A stretch of DNA of 64,000 nucleotides from Chloroflexota bacterium. Lineage in GTDB: Bacteria; Chloroflexota; UBA11872; VXOZ01. The DNA is taken from contig OZ244922.1 in the NCBI GenBank assembly GCA_965221905.1, positions 1,504,001-1,568,000 on the forward strand, written 5' to 3'. Shown piece by piece: positions 19,427 through 30,199 of the stretch (within the stretch, counting starts at the first letter, position 1; each line of letters opens with the position of its first letter). Under the pieces are notes generated by a model. The model did not search any database and had not been told where the DNA came from. It worked only from the letters and a program-made list of their open reading frames with translations. The position numbers and the translations under genes were made by a program.

Positions 19427-19495
19427 AGTAACCGTTTCTCAGCAGCTAGCGCGCTGTAGTGGGTAGAGTCTAAATTCTGTAGGGGAAAGAAGAGA

Positions 19496-20242
19496 ATGAA
19501 GAATCAAGATAGTTCGGGTCGTATGGCGGGGAAGGTTGCGGTGATTGCGGGGGCCGGTGGCGGCATGGGAAGCGCAACGCCGTTACGATTTGCCCACGAA
19601 GGTGCAAAGGTGCTCTTGGTAGCGCGACGCGCGGAGCCGCTGGCGGTGCTCGCAAAAGAGATCAATGAGCGCGGGGGTGAGGCGGCAATTGCCACTGCCG
19701 ACTTGGCGACGCCCACAGGGGCGGCTGCAATGGCCCAGGCCGCTCTAGATCGCTGGGGCCGCATCGACGTGCTCTTCGACAACATCGGCGACTATGCTTA
19801 CGGCGGTCAGAAACTGCACGAGACGGCGCCAGATCAATGGCGGTATTTGCTCTCAATCAACCTCGACACGGCCTACTATTGCACGCATGCGGTACTACCG
19901 TCGATGGTGGCGCAAGGCAGCGGATCGATTCTCCTGGTCGCCGCAGCCTCGCGCACGCGCCGGGAGGCAAACGTTGGGTATGCGGCGGGAAAAGAGGCGC
20001 TGGTCGGACTGACCCGCACCTTGGCACGGGAGTATCGTGAAAACGGTATCCGCGTGAACTGCATCTGTCCCGGCGCTATTGGCGATTCGCGCGGCGCGGA
20101 AGATGCGGGGCTGCCACCGGCAGCGCTTGACCGCGACGGCCATCCGGCTGACGTAGCGCATTCAGCAGTGTACTTGGCCTCAGATGAAGCGGCGTGGGTC
20201 ACCGGTCAGTGCTTGGACGTTGACGGCGGCGATTCGCTTTGA
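19496..20242 (+). CDS. SDR family oxidoreductase
   Basis: AGAGGGMG nucleotide-binding motif, YAAGK catalytic motif, IRVNCICPG, VTGQCLDVDGG. Confidence 0.93.
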   Translation: MKNQDSSGRMAGKVAVIAGAGGGMGSATPLRFAHEGAKVLLVARRAEPLAVLAKEINERGGEAAIATADLATPTGAAAMAQAALDRWGRIDVLFDNIGDYAYGGQKLHETAPDQWRYLLSINLDTAYYCTHAVLPSMVAQGSGSILLVAAASRTRREANVGYAAGKEALVGLTRTLAREYRENGIRVNCICPGAIGDSRGAEDAGLPPAALDRDGHPADVAHSAVYLASDEAAWVTGQCLDVDGGDSL

Positions 20243-20290
20243 GCTGCGGCTGAAGGTCCAAGACGATCTACACGTGGGGCAGCTCCGCTC

Positions 20291-21682
20291 TCATGATTTA
20301 GCGTGGGCGAGGATGCGTTCCACCTGGTAGCCAAGTCCGGTCCCGGTGAGCGTTTCCGTGCTGGCAACGCCGTTTCGCACGTTCGCAATGCGGGGGTGGA
20401 CGGCGGCCACGGCGCTATTCGAGGCTGGGAAGAACTGGCGCGAGTTGCACTCCACGCCTTTCATCGGATTGATGCGCGCCGCAAAACCTAAAGAATGGAC
20501 CAGCGAGAGATCGGGATTGGTCAGGTCCTGCACCGTATATGGCAAACCGTCGTGGGTCGCCAGCGCGGTGAAGAGCAAGCTATGGGAATGGCCTTTGCAG
20601 ACCTTGAGCGCGATGCCGGACCAGCCGAGTTCCTTGGCGCGTTCGTACTGCCGGTGGTTATAAAGACTTTCATCCATGATGACCGGCTTGAGTTTATCAA
20701 TGCCGTCCATGCGGAACGGAGCTTTGTCCAGGTCGCGGTGGGTCGGCTGCTCGACGTAGAGCAAGGCATCGTATGCCGCCGGCGACTGCTCGCGCACCCG
20801 CTCCAAGTACTCGACCATATAGTCCGGTGTCTCGCAGATCTCGTTGGTATCGGCAGTGAGGTAGATTTCTTCCTTGCCCTGCTTGGCCAGCGCCTCTTTG
20901 CCAATGGCGTATACGTCCAGCGTGCGTTGCACGTCCCATTCCATGTCATTGCCCAAGAGTTTGATTTTCAGGCAGTAGACGCCGTCCCGGGCGATCCATT
21001 GGTCGAGCGAGACCGGTTCGCCATCGTCCGGATCATCGGCAGTGATTTCGTGCTCCCACAGCTTGTCGAGGCCGCCGACGAGATGAAACACGGGAAGTTC
21101 GGCGACGTAGGCAGGGCGCACGTAGTCGTCAAGATACTGTCCTTTGAACTCCGGCCCGAGGTAGGCGCTCAGGTCTTCCGCCATGAACTCATCGGAGTAG
21201 CCGTCGTAGCTTGAAATACCGTTCACGTTGCCGAAAGCATCATGGAGCGCGCCGTCGAAGGGCGAGCCGCAAACAAGCGAGGCCAGCACGGGCACCGGCT
21301 CGGCAAGCTGCATGGCACGGCTGGTCTCGGTGGCATTGCTGAGGAGGGCGGGCTCGGTCTTGAGCGCAATATCGATGGGATGGGCGTAGGTGTTGTGTCC
21401 TTCCAGGGACTTCGCATAGCGTTCCACAACCTGGCGCATTGCGGAATCACGGTCGAGGGCGTCTACCGCGTCGGTAGGCCAGGCCCAGCCGATAGCCAGA
21501 AACATGCTGCCCCAGCCTTCCGCCACCTGGCCGGCGCGGTTTTCAACCGCCACGCGCACGCGCACGTGTGTGGCTTCTTCCATGGTGACACCGCCGAACT
21601 TCAGCGGTGTCCGCGCGCGCTCGTCAGTGAAGTACGTCTCAACTTCGCGGATGCGAATATCGGATAATAGCTGCGCCGCCAT
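20291..21682 (-). CDS. Mandelate racemase/muconate lactonizing enzyme (enolase superfamily) protein
   Basis: KIK motif, metal ligands D.NE, EQP and DES, ALK..KG. Confidence 0.85.
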   Translation of the reverse strand: MAAQLLSDIRIREVETYFTDERARTPLKFGGVTMEEATHVRVRVAVENRAGQVAEGWGSMFLAIGWAWPTDAVDALDRDSAMRQVVERYAKSLEGHNTYAHPIDIALKTEPALLSNATETSRAMQLAEPVPVLASLVCGSPFDGALHDAFGNVNGISSYDGYSDEFMAEDLSAYLGPEFKGQYLDDYVRPAYVAELPVFHLVGGLDKLWEHEITADDPDDGEPVSLDQWIARDGVYCLKIKLLGNDMEWDVQRTLDVYAIGKEALAKQGKEEIYLTADTNEICETPDYMVEYLERVREQSPAAYDALLYVEQPTHRDLDKAPFRMDGIDKLKPVIMDESLYNHRQYERAKELGWSGIALKVCKGHSHSLLFTALATHDGLPYTVQDLTNPDLSLVHSLGFAARINPMKGVECNSRQFFPASNSAVAAVHPRIANVRNGVASTETLTGTGLGYQVERILAHAKS

Positions 21683-21748
21683 GCTTAAGTACCCTTTCAC
21701 CTTGATTATGCCCCGATGTTTCACCCTCACCCTAGCCCTCTCCCTCGG

Positions 21749-21981
21749 GAGACTTTTGCGTAACTTCCGCCAGAGGCGCAAGAATTACTCCCTGTCCATG
21801 GGGAGAGAGGGCCGGGGTGAGGGGATTCCTGCTTATCCTGTCCTTTCAACCTCTAAGACCTATACGTAAGTGTGCAAAATTGGTGAGAACGGCCCTGATT
21901 GTGGGGATTCCCCCTCACCCTAACCCTCTCCCGCCGGGAGAGGGGACTTTCTCGCCTCGGCAAGGGTTATGCAAAGGTCTC
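21749..21981. mobile_element. 233-bp MITE with about 80-bp imperfect terminal inverted repeats and a CTCGG target duplication
   Basis: Ends GAGACTTTTGCGTAAC and GTTATGCAAAGGTCTC; CTCGG at 21744-21748 and 21982-21986; removing it restores the hairpin CCCTCTCCC-TCG-GGGAGAGGG. Confidence 0.8.
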
Positions 21982-22041
21982 CTCGGGGAGAGGGGACAAA
22001 CGCGGAGCTTCGCTTAATCGAGTCAGCCGCTCCTAATATTC

Positions 22042-23328
22042 TTAGCTCATTCCCAGTGCGTTCGTGCGTGGGGCGTCGATCATCTCGTCACGGAACATGA
22101 CCTTGCCGCCCACTATCGTAAGCTTCACGTTGGCCATCGCCTTAATGTCGGCGAGCGGGTTGCCCTCCACTGCGATTACGTCGGCTATCTTGCCTGTTTC
22201 CAGAGTGCCTCTCTCGTCAAGTACGCCCAGACCCTTCGCGGGATTGCGGGTGGCCATGAGCAGCACGTCCTTGGTTGGGATACCGAGCAATTCTACGGCG
22301 CTGCGCAGCGACACAAAGTAATCGTCGAACGGGGTATATCTTACGCCTGCATCGCTGGAGATGATTAGGTTCACACCCGATTGCCAGATTTTGCGAAACA
22401 TCTCGACGCGCTCATCCTCTAGCTTCTTGCTGGTAATTGCCATGGCCTCTCGCATGAGCTTGCTGCCGGGCAGATCGGTAATGTAGCCCCGAAACACTCC
22501 CGCGAGGGTGATCGAAGCAGTCAGGCCCTTCGCGGCTGCCGTTGCCATGGCTTCCGCATCGTAGTCGTAGCCGCCATCGGCGCCAAGCCAGACGCAATGC
22601 TCAATGGTGTCGATACCGGCCTCGATGCAATTGCGGATGCTATCAGCGGGAATGGCGTGCGCCGCCACCGGTGTATCGAGTTTGTGCGCCTCTTCCACCA
22701 CCACGCCTAGTTGCTGGGCGCTGTATTGGACCATGAGCGGGTTCGACTCGGCGGTCATATTACCGCCACTTGCGCAAATCTTGATTACGTCCGCGCCTTG
22801 CTTGATCAACGTGCGCACGGCCTTGCGCAACTCCCACTCTTCATCGGCTTCCCAACCTACGAAGTGAATGTGGCCGCCGGTTACGGTGATGGGCACGTTG
22901 CATGAGAGAATGCGCGGGCCCGCGATCCTGCCGCTGTTGATGGCGTCGCGTACCGTGGGCACAACATCACGCCGTCCGCCGAGGTCGCGCACGGTCGTCA
23001 AGCCGCCCCGCAGGCATTTCTGAGCGTTTGCTGCCGTGCGGAGCACCTGCTGCATGTCAGTCTCGCGGCCAATCTCGTCTATGACTTCCTCGTGATTCCG
23101 GCCTGCGGTAAAGGTCAGGTGCGTGTGTCCGTCGAGCATGCCGGGCATCAAGGTGTGACCGGGGAACTCTTCAATGATCGCGCCTTCCAGATGGCTCTGG
23201 CCGAGATCCGACGCCGGGCCCACGTACGTAATGCGATCATCTTCTAACGCGACTGCAGCCTGCGCGATGAGATCTGCGCCGGTAGCGGTGAAGGCCCAGT
23301 CGGCTTTGAGGACTCTCTTCTGGCTCAC
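22042..23328 (-). CDS. Metal-dependent amidohydrolase (prolidase-like)
   Basis: PGMLDGHTH, G.TTVRDLG, GADVIK, VAAHA, TIEH, SSDAG motifs. Confidence 0.9.
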   Translation of the reverse strand: MSQKRVLKADWAFTATGADLIAQAAVALEDDRITYVGPASDLGQSHLEGAIIEEFPGHTLMPGMLDGHTHLTFTAGRNHEEVIDEIGRETDMQQVLRTAANAQKCLRGGLTTVRDLGGRRDVVPTVRDAINSGRIAGPRILSCNVPITVTGGHIHFVGWEADEEWELRKAVRTLIKQGADVIKICASGGNMTAESNPLMVQYSAQQLGVVVEEAHKLDTPVAAHAIPADSIRNCIEAGIDTIEHCVWLGADGGYDYDAEAMATAAAKGLTASITLAGVFRGYITDLPGSKLMREAMAITSKKLEDERVEMFRKIWQSGVNLIISSDAGVRYTPFDDYFVSLRSAVELLGIPTKDVLLMATRNPAKGLGVLDERGTLETGKIADVIAVEGNPLADIKAMANVKLTIVGGKVMFRDEMIDAPRTNALGMS

Positions 23329-24116
23329 GAGGCATCCCTTTCTGGATAAAACACACGCACCCCTGGTGTGAGGATGAGCGGTTGCACGCTTCCTCCTTCC
23401 CCAATGAGTGCGCGGGTGAAGTCTGCGGGATCAGCGGTGTTATTTGCAAACATATTGTAATGCGTCGGTACGGCGGTTTGGGCGCGCAACAATGTGGCGA
23501 GATGAGCGGCCTCCGGCGCCGACATGTTTCCCCAGCGTCCGTTGATGCAGATGAAGGACAGGTGGGGTTGAAGGCTGGCGATCCCTTCCATCCGCGCGTG
23601 ATAGATTGTATCACCGCTGATGTATACGCGTAGACTACCAAAATCAATTACATACCCGACGGCATCAGGCGCGTCATCGGGGTCTCCCCAAACGTGGTTA
23701 GCAAAGGTGGCATGAATGCGGACGCTGCCGCTATGGAGCACGTCGTCGTGGTTGAGCGTGTACGTCTGGCTGGCGGGGATGCCGAGATCACGCATACCGC
23801 TGGTGCATGAGGAAGGGCCGACGAAGAGAGCCGTCGCGTTGTAGCGCGCGATTACCGGAAAGGCATCTGGGTCCAGATGATCGGCGTGATTGTGAGTGGC
23901 GAGCACGAAGTCGGCCTGCACCGCAGCCGCCTCAAGCGGCGGTGAGATTAGGCGTTCAAGCCCGTAGAGTTGGTTGCAGGCATCGCCAAGGTAGGGATCG
24001 ACGTAGACAACTGTGCCCCGGCTCGATTTGAAGACAACACCCGCTTGCCCCAGACTCCACACGGCAAGAGTGTCTTGCGGCACGCACGTGCTCTTGATCT
24101 CTGCAGCGATACTCAC
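23325..24116 (-). CDS. MBL-fold metallo-hydrolase (UlaG-like)
   Basis: WSLGQAG, DPY, THNHADHLD, SGDT, INGRWGNM, PTHY.MF motifs; 4-nt overlap with the downstream gene. Confidence 0.9.
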   Translation of the reverse strand: MSIAAEIKSTCVPQDTLAVWSLGQAGVVFKSSRGTVVYVDPYLGDACNQLYGLERLISPPLEAAAVQADFVLATHNHADHLDPDAFPVIARYNATALFVGPSSCTSGMRDLGIPASQTYTLNHDDVLHSGSVRIHATFANHVWGDPDDAPDAVGYVIDFGSLRVYISGDTIYHARMEGIASLQPHLSFICINGRWGNMSAPEAAHLATLLRAQTAVPTHYNMFANNTADPADFTRALIGEGGSVQPLILTPGVRVFYPERDAS

Positions 24117-24361
24117 CGCTCTCGCCTTTCAGCCCCATGCTTGAAGCGCTCTATGCCGTGTTATTGTAGCAGTCGCGCGGCCTTACGGCTACGTAGCGTG
24201 CACGCCGGTTAGGAGGTGGTGTGACCGTTGGCATCCAGACAGTTCGTGTAGTTGATGACGAGCATCCTGACAGGGAGTTGACGGTTACGAGTGCACTTTG
24301 CAGATACTCGGTTTCAAATACGAACGCGAGCGTGCTGCGCGTTTCTCTCTCGCACAAAGTC

Positions 24362-24389
24362 AGAGGCGCGGGGACGGTCCCGCGCCTCA
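24362..24389. terminator. GC-rich hairpin, probable sod terminator
   Basis: GAGGCGCGGG-N6-CCCGCGCCTC, about 55 nt downstream of the sod stop codon. Confidence 0.6.
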
Positions 24390-24444
24390 TGCGTTCTTCT
24401 TGAAGTGTAGTGTCCGCTATACAAGACCGGAAAGTCATTCCGTC

Positions 24445-25050
24445 CTAGCGGGATGCCAAGGTCGCCTTGGCGGCCTGGTAACGCGCATTTACGGAATCCC
24501 AGTCCACGTTCTTTAGCAGTGCCGTGATGTACGACCCACGATCGCTGCCGTAGTCCATGAAATAGGCGTGCTCGTACGTGTCGATTGTCCATAGGGGCAC
24601 TGTGCCCCAAACGCCGCCTTGGTTATGCACGTCGCACAGGAAGTTATGGATCCTGCCGTCGGTGGGATCGAGCGCGGTGACCATCCAACCGCGCGCGGCC
24701 ATGGCGCAAGCACGTGCATCCTCGATGAAGGCGTCCCAGGACCCGAAGTCCTCGGCGATCTTATCCGCCAAGTCACCGCCGGCTTTGCCGTTGCCACCGA
24801 GCGTATCGAAATAGAGTTCATGCAAAATCTGGCCGTCTGCGGCAAAGGTCTCTTCCAGTTTCAAGGCGCGGTAGGCACTGTATGCCTGGTTGGCCTTGGA
24901 CCGGTCAACGCCCTTGAGACCTTCCTCGATCTCGTTGCGCTTATTGACATAACCCGCGTAAAGGGTGTCATGGTGAACGGTAACAGTCTTTTCCGAAATA
25001 CCGTCAAGTGCGTCTTTGCCGAATTTTAGGTCCTGCACAGTAAAGGCCAT
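24445..25050 (-). CDS. sod: Fe/Mn superoxide dismutase family protein
   Basis: Metal ligands HH....Y.GYV, LHELYF and DTYEHAY; FGSW..F and GW motifs. Confidence 0.9.
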   Translation of the reverse strand: MAFTVQDLKFGKDALDGISEKTVTVHHDTLYAGYVNKRNEIEEGLKGVDRSKANQAYSAYRALKLEETFAADGQILHELYFDTLGGNGKAGGDLADKIAEDFGSWDAFIEDARACAMAARGWMVTALDPTDGRIHNFLCDVHNQGGVWGTVPLWTIDTYEHAYFMDYGSDRGSYITALLKNVDWDSVNARYQAAKATLASR

Positions 25051-25114
25051 GGTTGATGCTCCCTATTGTCTAAAAACCTCTGTCGCAGTAAACGAATCCC
25101 GATAGGACGAATCA

Positions 25115-25137
25115 TAGTCTTATTGGGAGTAAGACTA
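25115..25137. promoter_or_regulatory. Perfect 8-7-8 inverted repeat upstream of sod (candidate operator)
   Basis: TAGTCTTA-TTGGGAG-TAAGACTA. Confidence 0.55.
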
Positions 25138-25247
25138 CCATACTTCCGGCAATTAGTGAAGAAATCGGGGCGGGCGTAGGTGGCGCTCCAAGAAATAGAT
25201 CGGGTGCGTGAGCTGCTACTCTCGCCTTGAGACGTTCGCAGTGCCGT

Positions 25248-25576
25248 CCGATCATGCTTCGACAAGCTCAGCACGAACGGGAGATGGGGCGTGGTTCGAC
25301 AAGCTCAGCACGAATGGGTGATGGGGCTTGTTTCGACAAGCGCAGCACGAACGGGCGATGGGGCATGTTTCGACAAGCTCAGCACGAACGGATGATGTGA
25401 CTTGCTTCGACAGGATCAGCACGAATGGGTGATAGGGCTAGTTTCGACAGGAGCAGCACGAACGGGCGAGGGGGCTAGTTTCGACAAGCTCAGCGCGAAC
25501 TGGTGGTGGGGCTTGTATCGATAGGCACAGCACGAACGGGTGATGGGGCTTGTTTCGAGAGGTTCAGCATGAACGG
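25248..25576 (+). repeat. Tandem array, 9 x 37 bp (core TTCGACAAGCTCAGCACGAACGG)
   Basis: Core starts at 25258, 25295, 25332, 25369, 25406, 25443, 25480, 25517 and 25554; exact 37-nt period. Confidence 0.93.
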
Positions 25577-25619
25577 AAACTCCAGCAAACCGTAACAGCC
25601 GAAAGGGCCTGTGCAGGGC

Positions 25620-26600
25620 CTAGTTCTCTTCTGTGCCGCTGGTGCTTGTACCATACAGTCTCCGTTTCACCAGATTGAGGTACTCGGCACCTATCACACC
25701 CCCATGGGAAGAAGCGTATAGATAGACAGTAGGATCGTAGTCGTCGAGGCCGGAGGTCGTGACAATGCGTGCTGAGTCCAGGCCCTGTTCTTTGAGCCAA
25801 CGCAGCACGTGCCAGAGCAGCGCCGAGCCGATACGGCGCCCACTGTAGTCGCGGCGCACGAGCAGTCCCCAATCGAACGTGATGTCATCCGCCACGGCTT
25901 TGGCGTCGCAGAGACCCACTATGTCGCCATCGAGCCGCGCGGCAAACAACGTCTGCGGCGCGGCCTTGCCGAACGCAGCGACCCGCGCTTCCACGCGGGC
26001 GCGCATCTCTTGCGCCAGTTGCTCGTTGGGGGGCGCGTCCGGCGTGGCGGGATATTCGACGCGGTGCCAACGTGTGTCTTCTTTGTACTCTTTCCACCAG
26101 CGCCAATATGGTTGGTAGCTGCTGAGTACGAAGTCGGTAAGGAACGCCGGATCCGGCTTGGATTGCTCTTCGATGGTGAATTCGTGGGTTGTTTCGAGCT
26201 CGCCGAGGGACTGCAAATCCCACGTCAGCAGCACCATTTTGCGGGATGCCCAGTAGCCGCGCTCGTAGAACGGCACAGTGGCGCCCTCGCCGTCGCGTAC
26301 GATGGCGTCGATCTTCGTCACTCCTCGCGCCTTCAAGCTCTCTTCAGCAGCCGCGATTAAGGACTCCTCGATTCCCTGACGAGCGTAGTCTTCATGCACG
26401 GAGAGGTCGGCGATGAGGCCGTGCGTACGGCGCGCGTCTTCCCGCGAGGCAAGGCGCACCGCTCCGGCGATCTCGGCGCCGTCTTTGGCGAGCAGGATCT
26501 CGCTGGGGCCGTAGGTGAGCAGGTTGAGTTCTTCGCGGGTGCCTAGCACGTGCTCGGGCACCGGCGTCAACGCTTCAATAACGAGAGCAGTTTTCTTCAA
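25620..26600 (-). CDS. Tandem GNAT-domain acetyltransferase
   Basis: Two motif-A copies (V.EDYARQGI and VRRDYSGRRIG) plus FYE.RGY. Confidence 0.85.
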   Translation of the reverse strand: MKKTALVIEALTPVPEHVLGTREELNLLTYGPSEILLAKDGAEIAGAVRLASREDARRTHGLIADLSVHEDYARQGIEESLIAAAEESLKARGVTKIDAIVRDGEGATVPFYERGYWASRKMVLLTWDLQSLGELETTHEFTIEEQSKPDPAFLTDFVLSSYQPYWRWWKEYKEDTRWHRVEYPATPDAPPNEQLAQEMRARVEARVAAFGKAAPQTLFAARLDGDIVGLCDAKAVADDITFDWGLLVRRDYSGRRIGSALLWHVLRWLKEQGLDSARIVTTSGLDDYDPTVYLYASSHGGVIGAEYLNLVKRRLYGTSTSGTEEN

Positions 26601-26634
26601 GGTAATTCACTAGTAAGAGTGCTGCGAGCCGCGG

Positions 26635-27105
26635 TCACCGGCTCAGGATTTCCAATTGTACGTCAAAACGACCCGTATTGAACGGCGACAATTGAACGAA
26701 CGCCGCTTCGCTCAGGTCAATCCACATAAAGCCCGGTGAAGGAGCGTGGTCCTTTACCGTAACGACGATTGTAGCCCCGGTTGCAAGCCGAGTCACGCGT
26801 ACCACGGTGCCCAAGCGGAAGAAGGGACTGGCGGCGATGCTTGGGTCGTAGCGGTTGTATGGTTCACCATTTGCCATGGTGCCGCCGTGGAGGGATGGGT
26901 GGTAATAGGTAGCGTTACCGTACTCGATTTGCGTTACCGTGTATTCCGACTGGCTGCGCAGGAAGGCCGGAGGGCGAAAGCGCGTCAGGTTCGTCTGCGA
27001 GCCATCTTCTTCCTCGACGACAAACGAGAATGCCGATGCCGGCGTTACCGGCGCCAGGCACACCAAGAAGATAATGAGCAGTCTTGCCGCGAATTTTCTC
27101 ACCAT
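26635..27105 (-). CDS. RlpA-like double-psi beta-barrel protein with signal peptide
   Basis: ATYY....G..MANGE.Y, GT.VRVT, V.V.D, IDLS.AAF motifs. Confidence 0.85.
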   Translation of the reverse strand: MVRKFAARLLIIFLVCLAPVTPASAFSFVVEEEDGSQTNLTRFRPPAFLRSQSEYTVTQIEYGNATYYHPSLHGGTMANGEPYNRYDPSIAASPFFRLGTVVRVTRLATGATIVVTVKDHAPSPGFMWIDLSEAAFVQLSPFNTGRFDVQLEILSR

Positions 27106-27341
27106 GGTACTCCCATGACTCTTTGTTACTTCGCCTTCTTATAGCGCATCGGAGGCATAGTCGTCAACATTGGCGCACGCTATTGGCGTTGCGTGATGGC
27201 AGAATGGGAATTCTCTCATGAAGCCCGCTACAGGTCAAGGTCGGCGGGTTTGACCGTCGCGCTAGGGCTACGCTACAATCGAAATTAGTGGTGCGAGTGC
27301 AATGGTGGGCCATGAGGCCCATAACGGGGATTAGGAAACTC

Positions 27342-27722
27342 ATGTCCACTCGCTGTTCTGACAAGGATGCTGAGTGCGCGATTGCGCGTACCGCCTCATT
27401 GATTTGCGGTCGCTGGACACTGCTGATTCTGCGCGACCTTGCCGCAAGCCCGCAGCGCTTCTGCACGCTGGAACGCTCCCTCGAAGGCATTAGCCCCAAC
27501 ACTTTGGTCGAGAGACTCCGCACGCTGGAGGAAGAGCAGATCATTACGCGCCGGGCCTATGCGGAGATTCCGCCGCGGGTAGAATATACCCTCACTGAAA
27601 AAGGCAGCGCGCTCGTCCCGGTGCTCGAAGTGATGCGACTCTACGGCGAGCGGTGGCTCAAACCGAACGAGAAAGATCTCGTAGAGTCTGTGTCCGGTAC
27701 AAGCGCGGTCACCCTGAGGTAA
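27342..27722 (+). CDS. HxlR/DUF24 family winged-helix regulator
   Basis: C.IA.....I.GRWTLLILRDL, GISP..L..RLR.LE, PPRVEY.LTEKG; N-terminal Cys residues. Confidence 0.92.
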   Translation: MSTRCSDKDAECAIARTASLICGRWTLLILRDLAASPQRFCTLERSLEGISPNTLVERLRTLEEEQIITRRAYAEIPPRVEYTLTEKGSALVPVLEVMRLYGERWLKPNEKDLVESVSGTSAVTLR

Positions 27723-27787
27723 GTATCTGATAAAAGTTCTTATAGTAAGGATCGACCGCACATCGGAAATTCATTCAATTCTTAGGG

Positions 27788-27821
27788 CCTCTGCTGCGTA
27801 ACCAAGCGGTAGAGGACTTTT
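27788..27821 (+). terminator. Intrinsic terminator of the hxlR gene
   Basis: Stem CCTCTGCTGC/GCGGTAGAGG (G-U pairs work on the + strand) followed by ACTTTT. Confidence 0.65.
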
Positions 27822-27830
27822 GCATTAACG

Positions 27831-27869
27831 ACAGCGGGCTCTGAGGATGGAACCAACAGAGCCCACTGT
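27831..27869 (-). terminator. Hairpin downstream of acs
   Basis: 13-bp stem ACAGTGGGCTCTG/CAGAGCCCGCTGT on the minus strand. Confidence 0.6.
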
Positions 27870-27921
27870 TCGGCCACTTCCGTAAACACACTCTTGCGTG
27901 CAAACGACATTCCGAGGCGGA

Positions 27922-29883
<1,962 letters not shown>

Positions 29884-30199
29884 CGTGTCCTCCTGCGTTT
29901 GGCACAGCACAACCCGGCTGCCAAGTTAGGTGCATGTTTGGGTGCCATAATAGCATAGCGTTTCTGGTGCTTCAATCACGGCTGCGTTTACGCATGGGTG
30001 GTTCTCAGGTAAGATTGAAGCTAGAAGCAGTGCACGTCTGGTGCAGGCTGTAACTCTCCGCTTCTTTAGAGGTGCGCGGTACAGGACACGCAGTCATATG
30101 TGATGCACTGAAGGCATCCGCCGCTGCAGCCACCTGCTATGAGGCCGCAAACGGCTGCATTCGAACCGCAGTTTCTTGCGATAGGAAGTAGCAATCAGC

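Noticed and set aside
19065-19459. Short ORFs with repeated QVTNLRYR peptides (also 18076-18400)
   Set aside because: They are translations of the REP arrays, not independent genes.
21682-21781. N-terminal extension of the enolase-family ORF
   Set aside because: It runs through the palindromic repeat and MITE; the ATG at 21682 fits the expected protein start.
25258-25576. CRISPR interpretation of the 37-bp array
   Set aside because: The 14-nt linkers are near-identical rather than unique spacers, and there is no leader or cas gene.
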